Assembly: GCA_027335345.1 (NCBI GenBank)
Contig: DAHWOF010000204.1
Coordinates: 17,245 to 81,244, forward strand
Length of the DNA stretch: 64,000 nucleotides
Reading direction: 5' to 3'
DNA from: Granulicella sp.
Lineage (GTDB): Bacteria > Acidobacteriota > Terriglobia > Terriglobales > Acidobacteriaceae
A model generated the notes under the pieces. It searched no databases. It worked only from the letters and a program-made list of their open reading frames with translations, and had not been told where the DNA came from. A program made the translations under genes and the position numbers. Positions 51,486-61,979 of this stretch are shown in pieces; the stretch's first letter is position 1; the number at the start of each line of letters is the position of its first letter.

Positions 51486-53459
51486 ATGATGAGTCCAACT
51501 CGCTTGATGAGTCCAGTTCTGATGTTGACGTTGATGCTGGGGATACAGCTTCAGATGGCTGCCCAGACAACCGATACCAACCTCTCCCAACAGAACGTCG
51601 CGCCCTCCAAACCTCACAAAGAGACGCCCGAGCAGACCGAGTTGCGCGAGATGCGCCAGGCGTTGGAGGCCCAGCAGCAGCAGATCAATGAACTGAAGCA
51701 GCAACTCCAGATGAGAGGTGGCGGGGCGGCCTCAGCCCAGCAGGCTGCCGCGGCGGCGGGTGCGGCTCAGCAGGCGGCTGCCTCGGCGACGGTTGCCGCC
51801 CAGCAGGCCGCTGCCGCCTCCACAGGCACGGCTCAGCAGGCGGCTGCGGCTGCAACAACGGCCCAGCAGGCCAAGCAGGCCGCCGAGCAGAGCAACGCCA
51901 AAGGAGATGCGGCCCTGGGTGGGTTAGCCCAGTTGCAGAGTGCGCAGGCCAACCTGAACCAGACCGTGATTTTGACTGATCAGCAACTTCGTCACGAGAC
52001 CGAATCGCCTACAGCCGTGCACTACAAGGGTGTGGACATCACGCCAGGCGGCTTCGCCGCATTTGAAGGTGTGTGGCGGCAGCACTCCACAAACTCAGAC
52101 ATCAACACGCCGTTTAATGCCATCCCGTTTCCAAGCGCGAATGAAGGCCATGTCAGCGAGTTGAACTTCTCCGGACGTCAGAGCCGGCTCTCCATGCTGG
52201 TGACAGGCGATGCCGGAAGCTACCGGCTGGCCGGCTACTACGAGATGGACTGGTTGGGCACCGGCACCTCGTCCAATAACAACCAGAGCAACAGCTATGT
52301 GCTGCGTCAGCGGCAGATTTGGGGTCAGGGAGCTTTGCCCAGCGGCTTTACCGTAACCGGCGGCCAGATGTGGTCTCTGACCACTGAAGACCGCAAGGGG
52401 ACCGATGCGCGAACCGAGATTCAGCCGGAGACGATTGATCCACAGTACTTGGTCGGCTATACGTGGACACGTCAACCGGAGCTTCGGGTGCAGCAGCGCT
52501 GGGGTAACTACGACACGGGAGCGTTCACCATCGCCGCCGCTGCGGCGCAGGCGCAGATCACCAACTTCACGGCCGCCGGTGACATACCCACTCAGTTCTT
52601 CTTTGGCGGACCCGGCAATAGCGGCGGACTTTATAACGCCGCGCAGTCCATAGGAGCAGGGAACACCCCCGGAAGCAGCGCGATTACCACCTACGCCAAC
52701 AACCTGGCTCCGGATTTCATTGTGAAGGCGGCCTACGATCAGCCGTGGATTCACGTCGAGTTCGGCGGTATCGCCCGCTTCATGCGTAACGAGTTCTTCC
52801 CGGCGACTCCAGGCACGACCGTCAACACATATACCTACGGCTCCACGCTCACCAGCAATACTGCGCCGGCGGGCGGCGCGTTTGGCGCCATCCGCGTGTA
52901 CCCAACCCGGAACTGGGAGATCGGGATCCAGGGGATGGGAGGGCCCGGCGTAGGACGTTATGGCTCGTCTCAGCTTGCAGACGCAACGCTGAAGCCGGAT
53001 GAGAAACTGGAGCCGATCCGCAACTACCATGGCATGTTCAGCCTGGTAGGGCACCCCACCCGCAAACTGGAGGTGTTTACCTACTACGGCGGCGAGTATG
53101 ACCAGCGCACGGTCTATCCGGTCACGTTTGGAACTACGACGGAACTGATCGGTTATGGTCCCCAGACACTCAACGACACAGGTTGCTACAACCTGCCCAG
53201 CAGCATACCGACCGCCGGCGGGGGTGGTTCCCTCGTAGCCCCCAACTGCGCCTCTCCTACGCGGTACATTCAGGAGGCGATGGGCGGTTTCATCTACCGC
53301 GTCTTCGACAGCGCGAGCAAGGGCCGGCTCCAGTACTGGGTTACCTACAGCTACATTCAGCGCAACCTGTGGTCTGGCGTTGGCTCTTCCACCACCCCGA
53401 CCGGGCCGCGCGCGACTGAGCCGATGATCCACGTCAGCATGCGTTATTACATCCCGTAG
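51486..53459 (+). CDS. Outer-membrane porin-like protein (DcaP-like) with Ala/Gln-rich coiled-coil N-terminus
   Basis: Signal peptide; AQQAAAA repeats; RQSRL, YYEMDW, RQRQIW, amphipathic beta-strands; ends MRYYIP. Confidence 0.72.
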   Translation: MMSPTRLMSPVLMLTLMLGIQLQMAAQTTDTNLSQQNVAPSKPHKETPEQTELREMRQALEAQQQQINELKQQLQMRGGGAASAQQAAAAAGAAQQAAASATVAAQQAAAASTGTAQQAAAAATTAQQAKQAAEQSNAKGDAALGGLAQLQSAQANLNQTVILTDQQLRHETESPTAVHYKGVDITPGGFAAFEGVWRQHSTNSDINTPFNAIPFPSANEGHVSELNFSGRQSRLSMLVTGDAGSYRLAGYYEMDWLGTGTSSNNNQSNSYVLRQRQIWGQGALPSGFTVTGGQMWSLTTEDRKGTDARTEIQPETIDPQYLVGYTWTRQPELRVQQRWGNYDTGAFTIAAAAAQAQITNFTAAGDIPTQFFFGGPGNSGGLYNAAQSIGAGNTPGSSAITTYANNLAPDFIVKAAYDQPWIHVEFGGIARFMRNEFFPATPGTTVNTYTYGSTLTSNTAPAGGAFGAIRVYPTRNWEIGIQGMGGPGVGRYGSSQLADATLKPDEKLEPIRNYHGMFSLVGHPTRKLEVFTYYGGEYDQRTVYPVTFGTTTELIGYGPQTLNDTGCYNLPSSIPTAGGGGSLVAPNCASPTRYIQEAMGGFIYRVFDSASKGRLQYWVTYSYIQRNLWSGVGSSTTPTGPRATEPMIHVSMRYYIP

Positions 53460-53807
53460 GGAGAGAGTGAGCGGCGGGGGTGGGGGAGGATCCCCGCCTC
53501 TCAATTCAAGAGGTTGGTGGTGGTTGCAGCGGCGCCTGCGCAAGGGGGCTAGCATTCCCGGCCACAACAGAGTTGAGGGGGCAGGCCGAGCTGAACGACG
53601 CTTTCAAGGTGGATCGAGGCCGGTGAGCTGCATGTTCGGCTTAGATGGGCCGGCGATGGAGTGCGCCTGAGCGATGCGGAGACCGGCGAGATCAAGGCTC
53701 CGGAAGATTACGGCAAAGCGATCTTCGTGCCTAAGAGGTGATTCAGAGGAACCAAATGTTTACTCAAAAATCCGAATTCTTGTGCAGGCAGATGGGACCA
53801 GCACGGG

Positions 53808-53984
53808 AAGAGGCAGTATACGATTGGGATAGCGACGCATCCTATGCGACAGACGGGGCGTGTTGTGGAGCAGACCGGATTTTTCCTGATGGGTTGGCGG
53901 GTAAATTGGATGCGGCTGCGAAGCCCCTGGCGAACCCCCTCTTGCAGACGCACCGGGGACCACATCACGGGGAGGTTTGAATGA
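53808..53984 (+). pseudogene. pstB: Decayed 3' remnant of phosphate ABC ATPase gene
   Basis: Translates KRQYTIGIATHPMRQTGRVVEQTGFFLMG...RRTGDHITGRFE*, matching the PstB C-terminus; no start, no Walker motifs; ATGA overlap with phoU. Confidence 0.8.
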
Positions 53985-54646
53985 TTCGGATCAAGTTCCA
54001 GCAGAGTCTCGATGAGTTGAAGGAACGCCTTCTGGTGATGGCCGGTCTGGTGGAGCAGGCGATCCAGCGCGCCACCGAGGCCTACACCTCCCGTGATTAC
54101 AGCCTCTGCGAACAGGTACGGAACTCTGAGCCGACCATCAACCGAATGGAGTTGGAAATCGATCAACTGGCGCTGGACCTGCTGGCCATGGAGCATCCTT
54201 TGGCGGTGGATCTGCGGTTTATTCTGGCGGTGATCCACATCAACGTTGATCTGGAGCGGATGGGCGATCAGGCTGCCGGTATCGCCATGCGGGTGCTGGA
54301 CCTGGGCCGGCAGTCCAAGGTCGATCTGCCCGTGGATATTCCCCGTCTGGCGCAGCTCGCCTCAGCCATGGTTCGCAAGTCCCTGCAGGCGTTCATCGAA
54401 GGGGATGCGGATCTGGCGCAGTCGGTGCTGATGCTGGACGACCAGGTGGATGAGATCAACCGCGAGGCATTTCACTCCCTGACCACCCTGATCAAAGGCC
54501 AACCGGACTCAGCTCCCCAGGCGCTGGATACGCTGATCATCTCGCGCAACCTGGAGCGCATCGGGGACCATGCGACGAACATTGCCGAGGACGTCATCTT
54601 CTGGGTGCGCGGCGCTGACGTGCGTCACCACGTTGTCTCTGTGTAA
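53981..54646 (+). CDS. phoU: Phosphate signalling protein PhoU
   Basis: P.AVDLR, DLERMGDQA, DDQVD, RNLERIGDHATNIAEDVIF. Confidence 0.96.
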   Translation: MIRIKFQQSLDELKERLLVMAGLVEQAIQRATEAYTSRDYSLCEQVRNSEPTINRMELEIDQLALDLLAMEHPLAVDLRFILAVIHINVDLERMGDQAAGIAMRVLDLGRQSKVDLPVDIPRLAQLASAMVRKSLQAFIEGDADLAQSVLMLDDQVDEINREAFHSLTTLIKGQPDSAPQALDTLIISRNLERIGDHATNIAEDVIFWVRGADVRHHVVSV

Positions 54647-55034
54647 GTGCAGGCCTGACAGGCCTCTTCCCGCGGGCAGTTTGTGGACATGGGGAGCTTC
54701 CCCTTTTGCAACTCCCGGATGACGCGCTCCAGAGGCTCGGCGGCAGAGATGGTGTGTGGCCGAAACCTGGTGGACCGGAGTTCGCTTCTCCACGGACCAG
54801 TTTCGGCGCGACCGAAGCCAAGATGTACCCGGCCAGCCCGCAAAACTCCACCTGAGGCCACTCGGCGAACCCCGCAGATTCGATGAGCAAAACCCGCTGA
54901 TGATTTGAGGGCTGAAAAGGTCCTGGATCCCCTCCCTCCCTCCCTCCGCATGTCCCGCTTGATGCCCAACCTGGCTCCCAGTTCCGGCTCCCGGTTCAGG
55001 CGAGCGAAAGGCCTGGCGGATGTAGTCTTCTAAA

Positions 55035-55832
55035 GTGGAGCGGCGTCTCTTGATGCAGGAGAAAAGACAGATCCGGGACCAAGAGCCTATGATGCCGCAG
55101 GAAGGTGTTCAATCTGGCCAGTTGCCGTTAGCAGAAACCATGCAGGAGAGCGTCACGCCCTTTGACGATATCGCCTCCGTTCATGCCCTCTACGAGGAGC
55201 GGATCTTCCGGCTTTTGCTGTTGTCCGTGCATGACCGTGATGTGGCGATGTCTTTGACGCAGGATACGTTCCTGAATGCATGGCGGACTCGCGCCAGCTT
55301 CCGCGGAGACTGCTCGATCGCCACCTGGCTGACGTATATCGCCATGAATCTTCTGCGCAGCCACACGCGCACGGAGTACTTCCGATTCTGGAAGAAGGCT
55401 GCCGCTACCGCCGTGAGCGCGGAGGATCTCAAGGCCCAGTTGCCGCATCCCGCGCGGTCAGCGGAGAGCAGGTTGATGGCGCAGCAAGAGTTGGAAAGAG
55501 TTTGGCAGAGGGTGGAGAAGCTGTCCAAAGCGCAACGGTCCATCTTTTTACTGCGCTTTGTCGAAGAGATGGAGCTGGCAGAGATTGCCAAGGTGATGCA
55601 GATGCCGGTGCCGACCGTCAAGAGCCATCTCTACCGGGCGCTGGACCACGTCCGGAGCATCCGGATGGTGGGATCCGATTCAAACGCAGGAAGGCGCCTG
55701 AAGTCGCGCCGCGGCAGCCGGCGAGGCGCAGAGAAAGCCTCCACGAATCAGAGGGTGAACGAGGGGGCCGAGGCCCATTCGCTCGACGATTCCGTAATGC
55801 AACCCACTCCGAGAGGGGGAAGACGCAGATGA
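55035..55832 (+). CDS. ECF sigma factor
   Basis: Region 2 (LTQDTFLNAW, TWLTYIAMN) and region 4 (QRSIFLLRF, EIAKVM, TVKSHLYRAL); start uncertain. Confidence 0.9.
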   Translation: MERRLLMQEKRQIRDQEPMMPQEGVQSGQLPLAETMQESVTPFDDIASVHALYEERIFRLLLLSVHDRDVAMSLTQDTFLNAWRTRASFRGDCSIATWLTYIAMNLLRSHTRTEYFRFWKKAAATAVSAEDLKAQLPHPARSAESRLMAQQELERVWQRVEKLSKAQRSIFLLRFVEEMELAEIAKVMQMPVPTVKSHLYRALDHVRSIRMVGSDSNAGRRLKSRRGSRRGAEKASTNQRVNEGAEAHSLDDSVMQPTPRGGRRR

Positions 55833-56464
55833 ATCACGACGACCTCATCAGGAAAGATCGCATGAACAGACAGGAAGGGGAATTTGGGGCTGAAGAACAA
55901 CAGCCGCACTTGAGCAGCGAAGCCTTTGATCTCTTGCTCTCCGGTGCGGACTCGCCGCTGCACTCCGCCCATCTGCAAGTTTGTTCGGCCTGCCGCGAAG
56001 AGTTTGAGGAGCTGCGCCGGACGATGAGCCAGTTGCAGGCAGCGCTGATCGGCGCGGCGGCAGAGCACCGGCGCCGCGCCATGATGCCGGCGCCGGCCCA
56101 CCGGACGTGGCGTTCGATGTGGGTACTGTGGGGCCTCACGGCGGCGTCGGCTCTGCTGTGCGTCTTTGGATCCATGTTCTATTCCAATGGCCGGCCACTT
56201 CCCTTCGCGGCAGAAAGGCCGCCGGTCACTGGGCAGAAGCCCGCCCCTCGCTCCACCGCGGTTATGGGGAGCGTGGCGTCAATCTCACAAGCGACGGTCT
56301 CGGCGCCGCCGCGGCCTTCCGAGCAGATGTCGGATGCCCAACTGATGAGCGATATTGAACAGGACTTGAACTCGTCCGTTCCCCAGGCAATGCTTCCGCT
56401 GGCGGTCAGGGATGCGCCGCAGAGCCTGGCCGGAACAACTTCCAACTCGAAGGAGAACGAATGA
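55829..56464 (+). CDS. Zinc-binding (ZAS-type) transmembrane anti-sigma factor
   Basis: HxxxCxxC (HLQVCSAC), single TM; ATGA overlap with the sigma gene. Confidence 0.78.
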   Translation: MNHDDLIRKDRMNRQEGEFGAEEQQPHLSSEAFDLLLSGADSPLHSAHLQVCSACREEFEELRRTMSQLQAALIGAAAEHRRRAMMPAPAHRTWRSMWVLWGLTAASALLCVFGSMFYSNGRPLPFAAERPPVTGQKPAPRSTAVMGSVASISQATVSAPPRPSEQMSDAQLMSDIEQDLNSSVPQAMLPLAVRDAPQSLAGTTSNSKENE

Positions 56465-57090
56465 TGAGACGACGATCTCTTGCAACGCTTCTCGTGCTGG
56501 CAACTCCCATGGCGCTTGCGGCTCCCATGGCTTGCGCGCAGAGCGCGAGCCAGCCGGCTGCGTCAGCGCAGAGCGCTCCCGCACCGCCTCCGCCCGGGCC
56601 GCATGGTTGGGGCCCTCCGCAGCAAGGGTGGTATCTCCAGGGTCCGGGGTTTGCGCATCGAGATCGCCGTATGGGCCGATGGGGGCGCGGGGATGGCCTG
56701 CTCCCCATGGGCATGTGGTGGAAGGATCCCCAGATAGTGGCGTGGCTGGGGCTTACCGCCGAGCAGCAGAAGAAGGTGGGCGACACATTTTTGCAGAGCC
56801 GGCTGCAGTTGATTCACCTGCACGCCACGCTCCAGGAGCAGCAACTCATGCTGGAGCCGCTGCTGGACGCGACTCCTTTTGATGAGACCAAGGCGGTGGT
56901 GCAGATCGACAAGATCGCCGATACGCGGGCCGAGTTGGAGAAGACCAACGCCAAGATGCTGCTGGACTTTCGCGCCGTCCTCACGGCCGAACAGTGGACC
57001 AAGTTGAAAGATCGCCGATTTGCCCATAGGCCGGGGCCTTGGGATGGCGGGGGCTCTGGCGCCAAGGGAGCCGGACCGGGGATGCAGTAA
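56461..57090 (+). CDS. Spy/CpxP/ZraP-like periplasmic protein
   Basis: Signal peptide; two LTxxQ motifs (LGLTAEQ, VLTAEQW). Confidence 0.82.
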   Translation: MMRRRSLATLLVLATPMALAAPMACAQSASQPAASAQSAPAPPPPGPHGWGPPQQGWYLQGPGFAHRDRRMGRWGRGDGLLPMGMWWKDPQIVAWLGLTAEQQKKVGDTFLQSRLQLIHLHATLQEQQLMLEPLLDATPFDETKAVVQIDKIADTRAELEKTNAKMLLDFRAVLTAEQWTKLKDRRFAHRPGPWDGGGSGAKGAGPGMQ

Positions 57091-57360
57091 AAAGGAACGG
57101 TGGCGCAAAACGCTGTGGGGTGGGTTGGAATGGGCCGGCGGGGCGCGTGCTGGAGCGGCCCGGTACTCTCAAGGCGCAGCCGCAAAGGAACAGTGCAGCG
57201 GCGCTGCAGGTGCGTGACACAAGACTGCGGTGAGCGTGATGCAAAACCTCAGCATTCGCGCCGGTGCGAGCAGCAAAGAGGCGCGCCGCTGTGCTGCGCT
57301 TTCAAGGTTGTGGCCCTGCAGAAGCTGCCCAGGTTCACCAGAGAAGCTGAGCCTTTATTT

Positions 57361-57816
57361 TTATGCGCCGGCAGGTCTCTTCTCCGGGAGGCGGACAATC
57401 TGCACCGAGCAACCGGCGTGCCGCGCCACGAACTCCGCAACGCCGCCCAGAAGGAAGCGTTGCAGCCCTCGTTTTCCGTGCGAGCCAACCACGATCAAAT
57501 CTGCGTGCCAATCGGCGGCGGTGTCGATCAGAACCTCACGGATGTCTCCGATCTTGACCTGGGTGCTGACCTTGAATCCCGCTCCGCGCAGATCCTTTGC
57601 CGTGTGCTCGACGAGGCGATGTGCGTACTCTCGCTGCCCCTCTAACTCCGGCGCATAACCGGGGTCCATCTGCGGAGGCGCCGGACCGACGGGTTGCAGC
57701 ACGTGCAGCACCATCACTTCTGTTTCTTCCGCACGAAGTTGCTTCACCACCGCCCGGGACAGTTCTTTGGACGAAGTTGCGTCGTCCACTCCAAGTATCA
57801 CCATCATGGCACGCAT
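57361..57816 (-). CDS. Universal stress protein
   Basis: [38 protein letters not shown]. Confidence 0.9.
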   Translation of the reverse strand: MRAMMVILGVDDATSSKELSRAVVKQLRAEETEVMVLHVLQPVGPAPPQMDPGYAPELEGQREYAHRLVEHTAKDLRGAGFKVSTQVKIGDIREVLIDTAADWHADLIVVGSHGKRGLQRFLLGGVAEFVARHAGCSVQIVRLPEKRPAGA

Positions 57817-58203
57817 CTCCCAATGTCTTCATCATAATCAGTTCTTCTTCGAGCGATGTGGTCGCCGGCCACGAGTGCGCCGATTTGAGCAATGACGGCT
57901 TGCAGCGGCTCCAGTACGGATTACGTTCCAGGCAATCTCGCTGCGTTGCTGCGTCGCTCCGGTCTCCAAAGGACACAACCTGAGAGAAGCGTTGGAGCGG
58001 TCACCGAGAGCGATTCCGGGCTGCGTAATCTGTATCGTTTTGAAACTCCTATGGAGAGCCAAGTCGTTTCTAGCTGCGAGAGGTTGAACTTTGTTTCTTC
58101 CCTGCCGATAGATGTCCTTGCTGCCCAAGATTCACGGGAGAGCCCACTCGTGTAAACTCCACGCCTGCCAGGCAGCGGAGGCAGAGGGGATGGGCGGTTC
58201 CAG

Positions 58204-60606
58204 GTGGAAAGGGGAGGTTTGCGACGCATGCAGGGGATTGCAGAGTTTCTGCGCAACGTTCCCAGTCCGTTGATTCTGTTCGATGCGCGGGCCTTGGTTG
58301 CCTTTGCCAACCAGCCGGCATGCGATCTTTTGGGCTATCGACCGGAGGAACTGATCAGCAGGGCCATGGAGTCGTTGATTCCGCCGGCATCCAACGCGAT
58401 CCATGGGAAGAAACTGTGGCAGATGGTGGAATCCGTGTGGCAGCCAGATGCGGTGCATCGCTCGGAAGTTGCTCTGGAGGTGGTGGCGCGTCACTCCGAC
58501 GGTTCAGAGCTTCCCGTGGAGATGCGTCTGAAGTCCTATGAGGAGTCCGGCACACGCTACATATTCGCCTCTCTCTGTTCTCTTGCTCAGCCCAGGGAGG
58601 CGGAGAGAAGAGTGAGGCATCTGGAGCGAATCGCTTCCATGCGGAGCCAGATCAGCGCCCTGACCATACGCGCGAGAAGCAGGGAAAGACTGTTCCGAGG
58701 CGCCTGCCGGATCTTCGTCGATGTAAAGGTGTTCAGCCTTTCGTGGATTGCCTGTCCGGATCCCGGAAGTTTCGGCGTCCAATTTGCTGCTTGCCACAGC
58801 GAGCATGGTTCGGCTCTGAAATACATCGTCGGGCAGGGAGAGGCGCTGCTGGCGGAGGAGATAAGCAGGGTGCTGGCCACGCGCCGCCCGCTGTGGATTC
58901 ATGATGGCCGGCTGGATCCGCCGGCTGCGCCGTGGCGAGAGTTGGAGATAAAGTTGCAAAGCATCTCGGCGGCGGGCTGCGAAGCCGACGCTGGGTCCAG
59001 ATCTGCGTCCGGCTCGCTGGTGATCCTGCCGATTCAACAAGACGGCGTCACTGCGGCTGCGCTTGGTCTCCACTTCGGGGAGAAACCGGCCTTTGACGAG
59101 GAAGAGTGCCGGATGTTGGAGGAGTTGGCCGGAAACCTCTCTATGGCGCTCGACCACCTGGAACAGCGCGAGAAACTGCATCGGCTGGCGAGCTCTGATG
59201 TGCTGACAGGTCTGCCCAATCGTCCGCGATTCCTGGCTCGCGTCGCGCGCTGTCTGCGTAGCGCAAGAGATGGAGGGCATCGGTTGGCGGTGGTGCACTT
59301 CGATCTGGAGCGTTTTCGCAACGTGAATGAAAGCCTGGGACGTTCCGGCGGCGATGACGTCTTGAGGCAGGTTGCCGCATGGTTGATCGCCGAGACGAAC
59401 GATTCAGGTATGGCAGCGCGCCTGGGTGGGGATCGCTTTGCCTTTCTCATCCCCGCAATCCCGGCACACGAGGACGTAGAGACTCTGATCGAGCGATGGG
59501 TGAACCGGTTCCAGGGGCATCTTTTTGGCGGATCGGAGGATCCCGTGCGGCTTGGCGTCAAGGTGGGGATCGCCATGTACCCGGAGGACGGAGATCATGC
59601 GTGGACGCTCTTCAAGCAGGCGGAGGTCGCCCTGAAGCAGGCCAGAACAGACGGAAATCGATACCTGTTTCATCTTCACCCGATGAGCGAAAGTGTCGCG
59701 GCCAACTTCGTTCTGGAGAATCAACTGCGCCGAGCCTTGGATGAAGACCAGTATGTCTTGTATTACCAGCCCAAGGTCAGCCTGCGCGATGGGACTCTCA
59801 GCGGAGCTGAGGCTCTGATTCGCTGGAACGATCCGAGCAGCGGACTGGTGCCTCCGAATCGCTTCATCCCTTTTCTGGAGGAGACCGGCCTGATCATCGA
59901 CGTGGGGCGCTGGACTTTGGGCAAGGTGATGCAAGACGCCGAGCGCTGGCGACGCATGGGGCTCCCCGGGGTCAGGATCGCCGTAAATGTCTCCCCCGCG
60001 CAGTTGCGTCATCGACAGTTTCTCCGTGACATCGAATGGGCCGTCGGCCGCTATCCGGATGCTGCCTCGGGGCTGGAGCTTGAGATTACCGAAGGCATGA
60101 TTCTGGAGGACATCGAACAAAGCACCAGCATCCTGAGCCAGATTCGCGCCGTGGGCGTCACCGTCGCCCTGGATGACTTTGGAACCGGCTTTGCGTCACT
60201 GCGAAACCTCTCCAGGCTTCCGTTGGATACTCTCAAGGTGGACCGTTCGTTTGTGACGGACATGATCGAGTCCCCGGCAAGAGTGAACCAAATCAAGGCG
60301 ATTGTCGACCTGGCCCATGCCAAGCGCCTGAATGTGGTTGCGGAGGGCGTCGAGCGGGAAGAGCAGCTAAACCTTCTGAGGATGCTTGGCTGTGATGAGA
60401 TGCAGGGCTTTCTGATCAGCAAGCCGGCGCCGTGCGAGATCTTTGAGGCCAGGTTCTTGTCCGGAGATCCTCTCTGGCCGCGGTCTCCGAGCCATGGTCA
60501 GGTCCCAACTTCCGGCAAGCTCACGAGCCCCTGGCCCAGCGCTGAAATGGAAGCCATGAGCAGAGCGAAGCCCCGCCTTGCCGGCGCCCGCATAAATTCA
60601 CTCTGA
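58204..60606 (+). CDS. PAS-GAF-GGDEF-EAL protein (likely c-di-GMP phosphodiesterase)
   Basis: PAS, GAF, DVLTGLPNR, degenerate GGDRF, YQPKV, EALIRW, ELEITE, LDDFGTG, VAEGVE, QGF. Confidence 0.92.
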   Translation: MERGGLRRMQGIAEFLRNVPSPLILFDARALVAFANQPACDLLGYRPEELISRAMESLIPPASNAIHGKKLWQMVESVWQPDAVHRSEVALEVVARHSDGSELPVEMRLKSYEESGTRYIFASLCSLAQPREAERRVRHLERIASMRSQISALTIRARSRERLFRGACRIFVDVKVFSLSWIACPDPGSFGVQFAACHSEHGSALKYIVGQGEALLAEEISRVLATRRPLWIHDGRLDPPAAPWRELEIKLQSISAAGCEADAGSRSASGSLVILPIQQDGVTAAALGLHFGEKPAFDEEECRMLEELAGNLSMALDHLEQREKLHRLASSDVLTGLPNRPRFLARVARCLRSARDGGHRLAVVHFDLERFRNVNESLGRSGGDDVLRQVAAWLIAETNDSGMAARLGGDRFAFLIPAIPAHEDVETLIERWVNRFQGHLFGGSEDPVRLGVKVGIAMYPEDGDHAWTLFKQAEVALKQARTDGNRYLFHLHPMSESVAANFVLENQLRRALDEDQYVLYYQPKVSLRDGTLSGAEALIRWNDPSSGLVPPNRFIPFLEETGLIIDVGRWTLGKVMQDAERWRRMGLPGVRIAVNVSPAQLRHRQFLRDIEWAVGRYPDAASGLELEITEGMILEDIEQSTSILSQIRAVGVTVALDDFGTGFASLRNLSRLPLDTLKVDRSFVTDMIESPARVNQIKAIVDLAHAKRLNVVAEGVEREEQLNLLRMLGCDEMQGFLISKPAPCEIFEARFLSGDPLWPRSPSHGQVPTSGKLTSPWPSAEMEAMSRAKPRLAGARINSL

Positions 60607-61979
60607 CGCCGTGGCGATTCGCTTCATGGATGACCACAGCATGTAGGTCCGCTTTTCCGTAAGCGCCGTGACTCCTGGATCCGTCCCTCCTTCGCAAGAC
60701 CTGATCTTCCATCGTTACCTGGCTTCCTGTTGACCGCCGGCCGTCGCGGTTTTACTCGTAGCTCAGCCTCCTTTCAGTATGGAGTTGAGGGCAAGGCCTC
60801 AGCCCAGACAGTGCGTTTTCAGCTCCTGATCGACAGCTTTCAAAATAAAACCTTTCTCGATCTCTTTGAGCAACCCGTTATGTTCAGAATGTGTTCTCCT
60901 TACTTCTCCTTCGCGGGGTAGGGGCCAGGCTACAGAACACACCATGGAAAACAAAGGACTACCCACATCCGCAGGGATGCCAAACGATCCATCAAGATGA
61001 ACTCGTATCAACTCCGCGGAAAGCATCCGCTGCTGCAAGCGTTGGTTTGCTTAGGGAGCCACCCTCCTTTTGATCCTCTGCGCAGCCCCCAAGTCGCTCC
61101 TCCCGCTAGAAGTTGAGCCAACTCGGAGAGGACGAGCGTCGCCTGGAGACTCAGCTCAGTAAAAGCCCAGACTTTGGCGCTGGAATTGTAGACGCCGGAT
61201 CTCAGCCAAGCCCGTTTTCGATGCTGACCAAGCCTCGCATGCGCAGGAATTGCGCTTCACCGGACGGAACTCATTTCACCACCGCATCTACCCAAACCCA
61301 GCACGGGAAACGCTCGTAGCAAACCCTCCGAGGGCGCCCTCTTGCGGAACTAACAGCTAGTCAAAGAAGCAGTTACAAGTTATGGACTGAGGGCATGGAC
61401 TTAATTTCTCTCGACCTGCCCAATGCGTTTATTGGTAAAACTCTGCGAGCATATTTATGCCTATACGGTGTTTTATATTGACACCCATTTTCGTGGAGTC
61501 TTACAGTTACTTCGTTGAGAATTCCGGCCGTAGCAAGATATATTTCACGTTCAGCGATGATAGCTTCTCCGGCTGGTGGCGTGTTGTACCTGTCATGGCA
61601 TGGGCTAACCAGCCCTCGTTAACCGAAGCCCAGTTGATCCTTGATTCTCGATGAGCGCAGCACGTTTTCTGCTACAAAACTGTTTAGCACAAAACGTCGA
61701 CCGCCAAATAAACTCGAACTCATTTGCATGACAAGATCTGTTCCGTCTATCCACGAGCAGCAGATTTTGCGCTGTACTTGAACGCGCTTGATAAGTGCTG
61801 CGCAAGCGCCAGAGAGAGACTGCCTGTTTCCATGCCCGAATTCCGACCCCAACCGAAGTCTCACAACAATTCAGAAGATATAAAGAGCTCTTGATCTTGC
61901 AAGCGTGAGAGAGGCCTGCGCCTTAGTGCGCCTCTGTCTATCTCCCAACCTCAAGCAGCTAAGTCAAAGAGGACGAAAT

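Noticed and set aside
53738-53980. 80-aa ORF upstream of phoU
   Set aside because: Mostly the wrong frame of the pstB remnant
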